Below are positions 9,201 to 17,503 of a DNA stretch of 35,389 nt, one piece after another (within the stretch, counting starts at the first letter, position 1; each line of letters begins with the position of its first letter). Under the pieces are notes generated by a model that was not told the DNA's origin, searched no databases, and saw only the letters and a program-made list of their open reading frames with translations. The stretch is from Thermoanaerobaculia bacterium. GTDB lineage: Bacteria; Acidobacteriota; Thermoanaerobaculia; UBA5066; Gp7-AA6. The stretch spans positions 1 to 35,389 of the forward strand of contig DATBIJ010000283.1 in assembly GCA_036557025.1 (NCBI GenBank), read 5' to 3'. The translations under genes were made by a program, and so were the position numbers.

Positions 9201-9375
9201 CTTCGAGAAGCTGCCGGTCGGCGAGTACACCTTCAAGTACCGCCTGCGGGCCAACATGGCCGGCACCTTCCGGGTGGCGCCGGCCACGGTCCAATCGATG
9301 TACGCCCCGGAGTTCACCGCCTACTCCGCCGGGAACGTCATGACGATCGTCCCGGCGAAGGCGAGCGAGCGCTAG
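3268..9375 (+). CDS. Large secreted alpha-2-macroglobulin family protein with an intact thioester motif (about 2035 aa).
   Basis: This is a 6.1-kb ORF. GAGG lies 5 nt upstream of ATG 3268; ATG 3253 is an alternative start with no RBS. There is a signal-like N-terminus (FPWALIAAVFGAGLLAAQ) without a lipobox Cys. The thioester motif YPYECTEQTLNRF has CTEQ at 7750-7761. A low-complexity bait-like stretch (about 6826-7050) comes just before the RSEFSETAFWKP motif. MG-domain-like repeats run through the central part. Confidence 0.9.
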   Translation: MGERRGFPWALIAAVFGAGLLAAQTSSPARRPTPRAAVSPAPRATATPQPVPREASWKEVERLVSEQKFEEASREIDRLLAAAKASGDDRELALALVRSTQLRMALHGYETAVRNLREEPWPKALLWRAGVSLYYAQALEAYAQAYSWEVNQREKVESTAPVDLKAWTREQIYDEAERVYLELWKEREALGREPISALSDFVVANNYPKEIRGTVRDALAYFFVELLSNSSGWTAAEANEVYRLGAAGLLDAEAPFSPGVEDAAGHPLARAVAALGDLEAWHAARGEREAALEAYLERVRRIHAAFSAEEDRAAIRAQLTARLARDRRLPWSAVGTALLAELTEQESAPDALIRARKIALDGAEAHPNTIGGRRCASIAARIAHPEHSLQAMSSDGAKRRSFEVQHRNLATLYFRAWRIDLDARLISAKDYNLLPDYNEWREMLGKPPAARWSEKLPPTPDYRVHRTFVTPPLVEPGLYMVAAADREDFAEGRTGISSLNFLRTDLVLMARPEGGSVETRVLEGDSGDAASGADVELWIYDWQKGHRRVETKRVDAGGTARFSWKEGRENKPYFFLARRGEHRALDSSYQNFSPERETEQSATLVFTDRAIYRPLQKLYWKTLSYHGRPSEGRMAISPGASLTVSLIDANNERLADKTVTTNAYGSASGEFEIPAGRALGAWRLQTSIPGSAAIRVEEYKRPTFEAMWKDPESPLRLNRPAKLAGNARYYFGLPVTNGSVVWRVSRTPQFPWWWDWGWWWGPRPTQPQVVAQGVSPLSADGTFTIAFTPEADERLAAASREITYLYEAVADVTDEGGETRSASRAFRLGFVSIEARVHPENAFLRQGEKGAMSAMRTSLDGVARAGAARWRLTELVPAAQAFLPSQLPRPVAPALQPYATPGDRMRARWDTSVTLEETLRNWKDGKEVAQGELAHDAQGRARWDLPPLAPGAYRLRYETKDEFGVPFEVSRDLLCSGRLEADAPAPLAVVLLAEQTLVPVGGTARFLAFSALPDQRMAFEIYKDGRLVERRTLRSGKDPAMIEIPITENARGGFGVKLVGIRDHQLLHAVTSIFVPWDDRELEVSFATFRDRLRPGTDETWKVTVKAKKGNSPERAAELLAWMYDRSLDAFAPFSPPDPMSLWPNRSIVGWMRSSLGMVSSQWIASGPGHGTDYPLLQGDLLKLESGYGIGGPGRRYRQIGAVAAPASEMDEMAADRAQLQAMPAKSRADVGNKPVAKEGKDEGRSNVAGVAGEPEAAVQMRSEFSETAFWKPHLITGEDGSASIEFHVPDSVTSWKVWVQAVTKDLHSGRVVKESASIKELMVRPYVPRFLREGDKAELKVVVNNAAEKDLSGTVSLEILNPADNASVLSSWGIAAAAATKPFQVAKGGGTNLTFPITVPRGTGTVAFRVVAKSGDLSDGELRPVPVLPSRMVLAQSRFAALKEGDRRTLIFEDLARGGDPTRIDEQIVVTVDAQLFYGMLSALPYLVDYPYECTEQTLNRFVSTGILSSLYGQYPSVAKMAEELSKRDTRLETFDAADPNRRMALEETPWLEEARGGPKPAGELLKVLDPRIAKAQREESLAKLRKAQTAIGGFPWWPGGPPSPYMTIYILHGMANALEFSVPVPKDMTLRAWNYVGGELRSEMERCMAHGGTCEFVTFVNYTLSSFPDASWYEGSFTDADRKRYLDYSFAHWKGHSPYLKGMLAMTLKRAGRGQDATLVWDSVMDSSKTDKDTGTSWAPEDRSWLWYNDTIETHAYALRTLTELTPKDPRREGLVQWLFLNKKMNHWKSTRATSEVLYSLAHYLKSESALAVREAVRVTVGPVSAAFEFDPERYTGKKNQIVVPGDKIDPKTSSTIVAEKSGKGLAFVSATWHFSTEKLPREDRGDFFHVSRRYFRREPTAGGFTLKPLADGTPIAPGDQIEVQISLRSKHEAEYVHLRDPRAAGLEPENVLSGHKWNLGIVWYEETRDSGTNFFFEKLPVGEYTFKYRLRANMAGTFRVAPATVQSMYAPEFTAYSAGNVMTIVPAKASER

Positions 9376-9761
9376 CGGCGGCCGAAGAGGCGCACGCGGG
9401 CCTGGCCGCCGAGAGACCGGGCGTCGTACCAGAAGGTCACCTTCTGGATGACGCGGTCGTTGCCGGGCAGGTCGATGAGGCGGGTCTCGCCGCCGGCGGG
9501 GATCGTCTGGCGCAGCTCGATCTCTTTCGAGGTGCCGTTGCCGAAGTGAACGACGACGCGGTGGAAGTCGACGGCGCGGCCGCGCACGGCGAGCTTCAAC
9601 GAATGGAAGTCGCCGCGCGCCGCCGTCACCGCGATGACGTCGTGGTCGACGCGGTCCGTCACGGCGCGCTCGCCGAGAAACTCCCAGGAATCCGCCGGGG
9701 CGGCGGCCGCGAGGCCGAAGAGCAGCAAGGCGACGAGGGCAGACGTTCGCGAGGCGCGCAT
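9372..9761 (-). CDS. Small secreted protein of unknown function. It resembles the YaaI/DUF2541 type of beta-rich periplasmic protein, but that family assignment is tentative.
   Basis: GGAGGA lies 4 nt upstream of the ATG at 9761. The signal peptide is MRASRTSALVALLLFGLAAAAPA. The mature pattern is WEFLGERAVTDRVDHDVIAV...FHSLKLAVRG..V.FHRVVVHFGNG....ELRQTIPAGGETRLIDLPG..R.IQKVTFWY. Its 3' end overlaps the convergent A2M stop by 4 nt. Confidence 0.7.
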   Translation of the reverse strand: MRASRTSALVALLLFGLAAAAPADSWEFLGERAVTDRVDHDVIAVTAARGDFHSLKLAVRGRAVDFHRVVVHFGNGTSKEIELRQTIPAGGETRLIDLPGNDRVIQKVTFWYDARSLGGQARVRLFGRR

Positions 9762-9820
9762 GTTGTCCTCCGGGGGATTGGACGACGACCCCGCGCGCGA
9801 GGTTGACAGAGGGTCGGGCC

Positions 9821-9854
9821 GAAAAAGGAAGGGCCCCCGGCGAACCGGGGGCCC
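9821..9854 (-). terminator. Rho-independent terminator of the TonB-dependent receptor gene.
   Basis: The stem GGGCCCCCGG (9831-9840) and CCGGGGGCCC (9845-9854) is a perfect 10-bp pairing around a 4-nt loop. On the minus strand it is followed by TTCCTTTTTC (9821-9830). A second 6-bp hairpin, AGCCGC-TGAG-GCGGCT (9863-9878), sits just after the stop. Confidence 0.7.
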
Positions 9855-9884
9855 CGCAGGCGAGCCGCTGAGGCGGCTGGAGAG

Positions 9885-12626
9885 CTAGAACCTCAGCAGC
9901 GCCGTGAACCGGTAGTTGCGCGGGGTCTGGAGCGCGAGACGGGAGGTCGGCGCCCCGTAGTTCGCGTCGGGAACCAGGCGGATGCGGGTCGAGTCGATGA
10001 CCTTCTGCTGGTTCGTGATGTTGAAGACCTCGCCCTTGACCCCGATCTCGAGCAGACCGAACGCCCGGAACGTCGCCTCGAGGGCGCCATCGATGGCGTA
10101 GGTGTCCGGCAGGTTGTCGGAGCCGCGCGGCGTGTAGAAGTACGTGTCGGTGTCGCCGTTGATCGCGAAAGAGCGCTGCTCCTGGTACGGAAGCCCCGAC
10201 GCCCAGTTGAAACCGGATCCCGCCGTCAGATTCACGGCGCCGAGAGCGAAGGTGTACGCCCCGTACATCCGGACCTGGTGGCGCTGGTCGTAGGAGAGGT
10301 ATCCGAAGCGGTTGTGGTTGAGAGCTTCCTCGCACGGCATCGGTCCGATCGTCGGGACGTTGCAGGTGTCGCCCGTGTAGTCGAGCATCTGCGAGGTGAA
10401 GTTGGCCTCGTGGTTGCCCTCCGCCTTGGAGAGCGTGTAGCTCGCCAGCGCCTGCCAGTTGTCGGAGAAGCGCTTCTCGAAGGTGAAGATCAGGCCCTGG
10501 TAGGTGCGCTCGAGGACGTCGCTCGAGAAGTTCTCGGGCGTGGTGACCTTGACGCCGTCGTCGTTGATGAAGCGCCGGTCGTCGATGAGGTCGCCCCAGG
10601 AGCGGTAGATCCCGCGGACGCCCACGGCCATCGTGTTGCCGATCTGCTGCTGCAGCGCGACGTTGAACTCGTCGGTGTAGGAGGGCTCGAGCCCGTTGTT
10701 CACCGGCTGGCTGTTGCCGCCGGCGACCACGGACTGGAAGAACACCCAATCCGAGCCGTCCCAGTGGAACTCGTCGTAGTTGGACTGCTGCGGCACGCCC
10801 GAGTACACGGAGTCGGCGATCGACTGGATCAGGAACTGGTAGTAGCGGCCGTATCCGCCCGAGAGCAGGGTCTTGCCGTTGCCGGACAGGTCATAGGAGG
10901 CGGTCAGGCGCGGCGAGAAGTTCGTCGCGTCGAAGACCGTTCCGCCCAGGTCGCTCTCGCCCTCCTGGATGTCGACGCGAAGGCCGACGTTGAAGGAGAG
11001 GCGGTCCGATGCCTCGAAGCGGTCGAGGGCGTAGATGCCGTAGATCGTGCCCTTCGAGACCGAAGCGGCCGGGTCGGCAAAGCGCAGGTCGACGTCGCCG
11101 ACTTCCAGAATGGGTTGCCGCGTCGCCGGATTGAAGTCGGTGACGAGGAAGAGCTCGTTGGTCGGGTAGATGAACGAGGAGACGGACTCGAAGTCCTGGT
11201 AGTCCACGCCGACCTTGAAGTTGTGGGCGTGCCCGAAGAGCGTCTGGTACAGCGAGACCGCGACGTTGGCCTGGTCGCGGGGGCGCTGGACGAAGCCGTC
11301 GAACGTGGCGCCGTTGTAGTAGAGGCCGTCCGTGAAGGAGAAATAGGGCGTTCCGCTGCCCTCGAACGGCGCGACCGTGATTCCGCCGCGCTGCTGGGCG
11401 TAGCCGGCCTCGGCGCTGACGTTGGTGCCGAAGACGCCCGACCAGCGCACCTGCCACACGCAGGCCCAGTCGCAATCGTCGGCCTGGGACTGGGAGGTCA
11501 GCGCCTCACGCTCCGCCGAAAGACCCCAGTAGTCCACGACGAACCCGGTGATCGGGTCGGCCTGAGCCTGGAAGGTCAGCGAGTGCGAAGGCGTGATCTG
11601 GCCGGTCAGCTTGGCGCTCCAGAGCTCCGTGTTGGTGGTCTGCTGGTAGCTCTCGCCGGTGTCCGGCTTTCCGGGCGCCGTCTGCGTCTGGCGCTGGGGA
11701 GTCGTGGCGTCGGAGGTCTCGTACGCGCCGAAGAACCAGGCATGGTCGCGCACGATCGGCCCGCCGAGGGTGAAGCTGTAGCGATAGATGTTCTCGTCGA
11801 ACTTCGTTCGGGCGAACGGAACGCCGTTCAAGGGGTTGGTCCCCTTGTTCTGCTCGTTCCAGTCGTCGTTGGTCACGATCGCCTTGGCCGAGCCCTCGAA
11901 CTCGTTGGTGCCCGACTTGGTGATGACGTTGACGATCGCGCCCTGGGCCCGGCCGTACTCGGCCGAGATCCCGGCATTGGAGACCACGACCTCTTCGATC
12001 GCCTCGAAGTTGGAGTTGGCCCCGAAGGTGCCCGTCGTCGGGTCGGTCGTGTCGACGCCGTCGAACAGATAGAGGTTCGAGCCTTCGGTCGCGCCGAGCG
12101 AGTTCAGGTTGCCGTCGTTGTCCACGTCGGCGAGGCCGGGGGTGAACGCGACGAGGCTCTGATACGAGCGGCCGACGGCCAGCTTCTGCGTCAGCGTGCT
12201 GTCGATGTGCGTCGCCGCGGCGGTGTTGGTCTTGTCGATCAGCGGGACCTCACCGGAGACCGTGATCGAGGCCTGCTCGGAGGCCAGGCGCATCGAGAGG
12301 TTCACGGTCGTCGTCTTCTCGGCGTTGACTACGTTGTCGGTCGCCTCGAAGCTCTGGAAGCCCGAGAGCGTCGCCTTCACCGTGTAGGAGCCGAGCGGAA
12401 GACCGGGGAACGTGAAGCTGCCGCCGGCATCGGTGACCGCGGCACGCCGGAAGCCCTGGTCTTTCGAGAGCAGCTCGACCGTGACGCCCGGCAGCGCGCC
12501 GCCGGTCTCGTCGGTCACACGGCCCGTGATGGCCCCCAGCAGCGAGCCGTCGGCCAGGAGAGGCGCCGAGACGACGGCAACCGCGAGGGCGAGCAGAAAC
12601 GGGATCCATCGTTGACGTGATCGCAT
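9885..12626 (-). CDS. TonB-dependent receptor-like outer-membrane protein with an N-terminal carboxypeptidase-regulatory-like domain (Oar-like).
   Basis: AAGGAG lies 5 nt upstream of the ATG at 12626; the 130-aa upstream extension in the ORF track is Arg/Pro-rich and was rejected. The signal peptide is MRSRQRWIPFLLALAVAVVSAPLLA. The CarboxypepD_reg pattern is GAITGRVTDETGGALPGVTVEL..DAGGSFTFPGLPLGSYTVKATLSGFQ. Plug-like and barrel-like segments follow, and the protein ends in an aromatic residue (..FTALLRF). Confidence 0.9.
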   Translation of the reverse strand: MRSRQRWIPFLLALAVAVVSAPLLADGSLLGAITGRVTDETGGALPGVTVELLSKDQGFRRAAVTDAGGSFTFPGLPLGSYTVKATLSGFQSFEATDNVVNAEKTTTVNLSMRLASEQASITVSGEVPLIDKTNTAAATHIDSTLTQKLAVGRSYQSLVAFTPGLADVDNDGNLNSLGATEGSNLYLFDGVDTTDPTTGTFGANSNFEAIEEVVVSNAGISAEYGRAQGAIVNVITKSGTNEFEGSAKAIVTNDDWNEQNKGTNPLNGVPFARTKFDENIYRYSFTLGGPIVRDHAWFFGAYETSDATTPQRQTQTAPGKPDTGESYQQTTNTELWSAKLTGQITPSHSLTFQAQADPITGFVVDYWGLSAEREALTSQSQADDCDWACVWQVRWSGVFGTNVSAEAGYAQQRGGITVAPFEGSGTPYFSFTDGLYYNGATFDGFVQRPRDQANVAVSLYQTLFGHAHNFKVGVDYQDFESVSSFIYPTNELFLVTDFNPATRQPILEVGDVDLRFADPAASVSKGTIYGIYALDRFEASDRLSFNVGLRVDIQEGESDLGGTVFDATNFSPRLTASYDLSGNGKTLLSGGYGRYYQFLIQSIADSVYSGVPQQSNYDEFHWDGSDWVFFQSVVAGGNSQPVNNGLEPSYTDEFNVALQQQIGNTMAVGVRGIYRSWGDLIDDRRFINDDGVKVTTPENFSSDVLERTYQGLIFTFEKRFSDNWQALASYTLSKAEGNHEANFTSQMLDYTGDTCNVPTIGPMPCEEALNHNRFGYLSYDQRHQVRMYGAYTFALGAVNLTAGSGFNWASGLPYQEQRSFAINGDTDTYFYTPRGSDNLPDTYAIDGALEATFRAFGLLEIGVKGEVFNITNQQKVIDSTRIRLVPDANYGAPTSRLALQTPRNYRFTALLRF

Positions 12627-12648
12627 GATTCTCCTTTCCGAATTTCGA

Positions 12649-13124
12649 GGACGAACCGCGGGATCGATGCCGCGGGGAATTCGAGAGACACGTCGGGCGG
12701 GTGGTCTCGGATCGATAGGACCTCCTTGCGGGGGACGAACCCCGTCCCCTCCGTCTTCAGGGCGCCCTGCGTGAGGACGCGCCGGGAAGAAGCGCAAGGG
12801 GGGTGCCACGCGAGTCGCCCCGGCTCGCGCCCGGGGATCCGAGAGTTTTCGAGCAAATTCGAAGACTGCGGCGCGGACGGAGAGTCGAAAGATCCGGACG
12901 AACGGATTTCGATCCGCTCTCTCGAAGCGTTGGAGCGCCGTTGGTCCCCGAAGCGGCACGCGGAGTCGCAAGCGTGACGATCTGCCGCGCCTCTGACCGC
13001 GCGCGAAGACGGTCAATCGTCCCGCGTCCGCGCGCTTCGGAGGGCGTCATCACGCGGACGAAACGGCGATTTCCGTGATGGTCGCGGACGACGCGAGGAC
13101 GAAGCCGCGCGACGCTGGGACGAA
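12649..13124 (+). repeat. Dispersed 7-mer GGACGAA (TTCGTCC on the receptor-coding strand): six exact copies and one near copy within the receptor leader/intergenic region.
   Basis: Exact copies start at 12649, 12733, 12896, 13056, 13097 and 13118. A near copy, GGACGAC, starts at 13086. Several copies lie inside or next to short hairpins, for example GGGGAC-gaacccc-GTCCCC at 12731-12749 and ATCCG-gacgaa-CGGAT at 12892-12907. Confidence 0.6.
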
Positions 13125-13158
13125 AAATATTTTCGCGGGCGAGTGTCTTGTCGAGGGC

Positions 13159-13886
<728 letters not shown>

Positions 13887-13890
<4 letters not shown>

Positions 13891-15143
13891 TCGTACCTCA
13901 GCGTCGAGGCGGGATCGATCGACGCGGCGCGCCGGGCCGGGAAGTACCCGGCGAGCAGGCCGGCCGCCCCGAGGATGGCGATCGTCGCCATCCCGATCGG
14001 CCAGGAGAGCGTCGGCTTTCCGAGGAACTCCAGCACGTCGTTGCCTTCCTGCGGGATGAAGCCGAGCAAGGTCACGATCACCAGAGCGATGACGGAGCCG
14101 AAGAGCCCGCCGACCAGCGTGTAGGAGACGCCCTCGAGAAGGAAGGGCCCGGTGATCCAGGATCGCCGCGCGCCCATCGCCATCTTCACGCCGATCTCAC
14201 GAGTCCGCTCCTTGACGACGGCGTACATGATGTTGGCGACGCCGACGGCGCCGATGATCAGGGTGAGGCCGCCGATCACGCCGAAGAAGATCTGGAGGCC
14301 GAGGAAGATGTTGTCTTCGACCTTCTGGCCTCGCACGGTGTTCCAGGTGCCGAAGACGCGCTCGTCGTCGGGGACGAACCCGAGCTTCCGTCCCAGGAGC
14401 TCGCGCATGCGATCCATGGCGCCCGCCATCTCGTCGGGCGTCTTCGTGTTCAGCACCAGCACCCAGAGGCGATCTCGGCCGAACAGCGCCTTGAAGGTCG
14501 TGATCGGGATCGTGGCTTTCATCCGGTCCGGCGAGCCGTAGGAGCCCGACTGGACCTTGCGCTGCATGACGCCGACGACCATGAAGGGCGAGTTGTTGAT
14601 CAGGATCGTCTTGCCGACCGGATCTTCCTTTCCGAAGATGTCCGAGGCGACCTCGTCTCCCAGGAACACGACCCGCCGCTGCTCGGCCTCGTCGCGCGCG
14701 GTCAGGAAGCGCCCGCCCGGCTTCGCGTAGTGGCGGCGGGCGTCGCCGTACTCCCAGTGCGCGCCCACGAGGCGATTGTTCACCGTCTTGCGGCCGTACG
14801 TGAAGGCCGTACGCCCGTTGTGCATCTCGCCCCAGATCAGGACATCGGGCATGCGCGCCCGCAGGAAGTCGACGTCATCCAGTCGGGGGCGGATCGGGCG
14901 CCCCTCGGGCAGACCCTTGTAAGGCTTGGAGGTGGAGCCCGGCCAGTTGATGGAGAGGTTGCGCCCCATGCCGTTGGAGTTCTGGCGCATCTGCCGCTTG
15001 AGACCCTCGCCGAAGGACATCAGGAGCAGGATCGTCACGGTGCCCCAGGCGATCGCGGCGATCGTGAGCGCGGCGCGCTTCTTCTGGAGCCGCGCGGAGC
15101 CCAGGAACAGCCGAAAGATGACGTCGAGATCGAGGCGTCTCAT
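13887..15143 (-). CDS. ABC transporter permease, MacB/FtsX family with a periplasmic core domain (second of two paralogs).
   Basis: The start ATG at 15143 overlaps the stop of the upstream permease (ATGA). The N-terminal TM is KKRAALTIAAIAWGTVTILLLMSFG. A large periplasmic segment is followed by the FtsX-type motif VKERTREIGVKMAMGARRSWI. The longer ORF-track start at 15707 is a shadow extension. Confidence 0.9.
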
Positions 15144-16372
15144 AGCTTCATCGCCACGACGGGATCCAGCCGCGAAGCCTCCCGCGCCGGGAAGTAGCCC
15201 GCCAGCAGGCCCGTCAGTCCCAGGATCATCGCGGTCACGGCGGCGACGGAGAAGGAAATCTCCGGATCCCCAACGAACTCGGTGAAACCCAGCTTCGGGA
15301 AGGCCATGCAGATCGCGTAGGAGAGCGCGAAGCCGATCGCCCCGCCCACCCCCGTCAGCAGAAGCGTCTCCAGCAGGAACTGCCGCAGGATGAACTTCTG
15401 CCGCGCGCCCAGCGCCATCTTGATGCCGATCTCGCGCGTGCGCTCTTCCACCACGACGTTCATGATGTTGGAGACGCCGATGCCGCCGACGATCAGCGTG
15501 AAGGCTCCGATGATGCCCAGGAACAGCCGGAACGACAGAAAGAAGATGTCGAGGAACTTGAACTGCTCGGTCGTGTCCCACGTCGACAGCGCTTCCTTGT
15601 CCTCCGGATCGAAGCGCAGCGAGCGCGAGAGGATCGCCCGGACCTCGTCCATGACCTTCTCGGAGCCCTGCGGGTCCGTGGGCTGGACGATGAAATTGTC
15701 GATCCACTTCTCCCCGGTCAGCGCGCGGTAGGTCGAGGCCGGGATGACGACGCGACCCTCGTCGGGTCCGCTGTAGCTGCCGTCCTGCTCCTTCGGGATC
15801 AGGACGCCGATCACGGTGAAGGGCGACCCGTGGATCTGGACGATCTTGCCGACGGGCGGCTCGGAGCCGAAGATGTCCTTGGCGATCTTCTCGCCGAAGA
15901 ACGCGACGCGCCGCTGCTCGGCCTCATCGAGGTCGTTCAGGAAGCGTCCGCCCGCCTGCGGAATCATGTTGCGCATCACGCCCCAGGCGGGCCAGGCCCC
16001 CGAGAGCCCGACGTTCACGGTCTTCACGCCGTACTTGAGCTGGAGCCCGTCGGTGTACTCCGGCGAGATCGCCTTGATGCCTTTCGCCTCGCGGCGCACG
16101 GCCTCGATGTTCTCTTCGTTGAGCCGGATGCGGCGGCCGCGGCCCAGTCCCTCGTAGGGTACCGAGGTCAGGCCCGGCCAGACGATGCAGATGCGATCGC
16201 CGAGCCCCGCGGAGTTCTTCACCATCTGCTTTTGCAGTCCCTGGCCGAAGGCCAGCAGCAGCGTGACCGCGACCGTGCCCCAGACGATCCCGAAGATCGT
16301 CAGGAAGGTGCGCAGGCGCTGGCCGCGCACGTCGCGCAGCATCTGCCGCAGGGTGTCTTTGAGGCTCTGCAT
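15140..16372 (-). CDS. ABC transporter permease, MacB/FtsX family (first of two paralogs).
   Basis: The N-terminal TM is RLRTFLTIFGIVWGTVAVTLLLAFG. A periplasmic domain is followed by VEERTREIGIKMALGARQKFI and C-terminal TM helices. Confidence 0.9.
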   Translation of the reverse strand: MQSLKDTLRQMLRDVRGQRLRTFLTIFGIVWGTVAVTLLLAFGQGLQKQMVKNSAGLGDRICIVWPGLTSVPYEGLGRGRRIRLNEENIEAVRREAKGIKAISPEYTDGLQLKYGVKTVNVGLSGAWPAWGVMRNMIPQAGGRFLNDLDEAEQRRVAFFGEKIAKDIFGSEPPVGKIVQIHGSPFTVIGVLIPKEQDGSYSGPDEGRVVIPASTYRALTGEKWIDNFIVQPTDPQGSEKVMDEVRAILSRSLRFDPEDKEALSTWDTTEQFKFLDIFFLSFRLFLGIIGAFTLIVGGIGVSNIMNVVVEERTREIGIKMALGARQKFILRQFLLETLLLTGVGGAIGFALSYAICMAFPKLGFTEFVGDPEISFSVAAVTAMILGLTGLLAGYFPAREASRLDPVVAMKL

Positions 16373-16396
16373 GCTCCGGCGACTCGCGTCTCGCCC

Positions 16397-17503
16397 CTAA
16401 CTGATCTTCTTGGGCGGACGCTCGACGACCTTCGCGCCCTTCTGGAGGCCGCCCACGACTTCGACCGTCAGCCCATCGGAGATCCCGACCTGGATCGGCG
16501 TCTTCTTGGGCTCGGCCTTTGGGTCGGCGCCGGGCAGCTCCACGAACGCCTTCTTGCCGCCGTCCTCGAAGATCACGACGCGCTCGGGAAGGGTGAGAAC
16601 GTCCTTCTTCTCGCGAATGACGACGTCGGCGTTGGCGGAGTAGCCGGCCCGCAGCGACACCTTCTGTCCGGGCTCGAGCTCGATCTCGACGTCGAAGAGC
16701 GTCGCGCCATCCTTCTGCTGGGCCTGCGGTGCGATGCGCGCGACCTTGCCCGTGACGACGTCCGTCGGCAGGGCGCCGACCTTGATGCGCGCGGTCAGCC
16801 CGGCGCGCAGCTTGCCGACGTCGATCTCGTCGACGGTGCCCTTGAAGATCAGATCGCTCATGTCGGCGATCGTCGCCATCTCGGTTCCGGGCTGGAACGA
16901 GGTCAGCGGCACGACAGGCTCGCCGGGGTTCACCGCGCGGGAGAGCACGGTGCCGGCCGCGGGCGCGCGGATGATCGACTCCATCTTCACGGTCCCCGTG
17001 TCGACGCGGCCCCGGCGGGTCAGCTCGCGGTCCTGCTGGGCCTTCGCCAGCGCAACCTTCGCGAGCTCGAAGGACTCGCGCTTGGCGTCGAGATCGGACT
17101 TGGGAACGAAGCCGCTCTTCATCAGCTCCTGCGAGCGCTCGTACTCCGATTTGGCCCGGTCGAAGGTCGCCTGGGCCGAGTCGAGCGATCGGTCGACGGT
17201 CGTCAGCTCCTGGGGCGTCGGGTCGGGGGCGATCTCGAAGAGGGGATCGCCTGCCTTCACCTTGTCACCCACCTCGACCATGCTCCGGCGCACGAGGCCG
17301 GAGATCTTCGACTTGACGGCGAACTTCTGGCGGGGCTGGATCTGGCCGACCGCGATCGCCTTCTCGGTGATCGAGCCGGTCTCGACGGTCACCAGCTTGA
17401 TGCCGTTCTTGTCGTCCTTCGAGGAGCGGGCCCAGGCATAGAGGGCGCCCGCGAGCAAGACGAGCACGACCAGAACAATCAGTGTTTTGAATAGCTTACG
17501 CAT
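16397..17503 (-). CDS. Periplasmic adaptor subunit (HlyD/MacA-type membrane fusion protein).
   Basis: There is an N-terminal membrane anchor, TLIVLVVLVLLAGALYAW. The lipoyl-like segment is SGLVRRSMVEVGDKVKAGDPLFEI, followed by a coiled-coil hairpin segment and a beta-barrel tail. It is the first gene of the minus-strand four-gene transporter operon. Confidence 0.9.
   Translation of the reverse strand: MRKLFKTLIVLVVLVLLAGALYAWARSSKDDKNGIKLVTVETGSITEKAIAVGQIQPRQKFAVKSKISGLVRRSMVEVGDKVKAGDPLFEIAPDPTPQELTTVDRSLDSAQATFDRAKSEYERSQELMKSGFVPKSDLDAKRESFELAKVALAKAQQDRELTRRGRVDTGTVKMESIIRAPAAGTVLSRAVNPGEPVVPLTSFQPGTEMATIADMSDLIFKGTVDEIDVGKLRAGLTARIKVGALPTDVVTGKVARIAPQAQQKDGATLFDVEIELEPGQKVSLRAGYSANADVVIREKKDVLTLPERVVIFEDGGKKAFVELPGADPKAEPKKTPIQVGISDGLTVEVVGGLQKGAKVVERPPKKIS

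Noticed and set aside
3268-12626. A functional link between the A2M protease inhibitor and the adjacent Oar-like receptor. In Myxococcus, Oar has been tied to protease secretion.
   Set aside because: The genes are convergent or on opposite strands, separated by another gene and a strong terminator. The link would be pure speculation from adjacency.
12660-12830. Possible cobalamin (or other) riboswitch in the long leader of the TonB-dependent receptor. A CCCCCGCAA segment and a GAGACCACCCGCC segment vaguely recall the CCCGCAAC and B12-box elements.
   Set aside because: The other conserved blocks (GCCACUG, GGUGAAAAUCC-like, GGGAAG) are not present in the right order. The resemblance is too weak to call without a covariance-model scan.
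12627-13016. The 130-aa N-terminal extension of the TonB-receptor ORF (ORF track 9885-13016). Similar upstream extensions occur on 13887-15707, 23833-24951, 19813-21669, 20886-22463, 17742-18722 and 2186-3172.
   Set aside because: The extensions lack family similarity and are Arg/Pro-rich or overlap neighbouring genes. Internal starts with an RBS or with stop-start overlaps (ATGA/GTGA) reproduce the expected signal peptides and N-termini.
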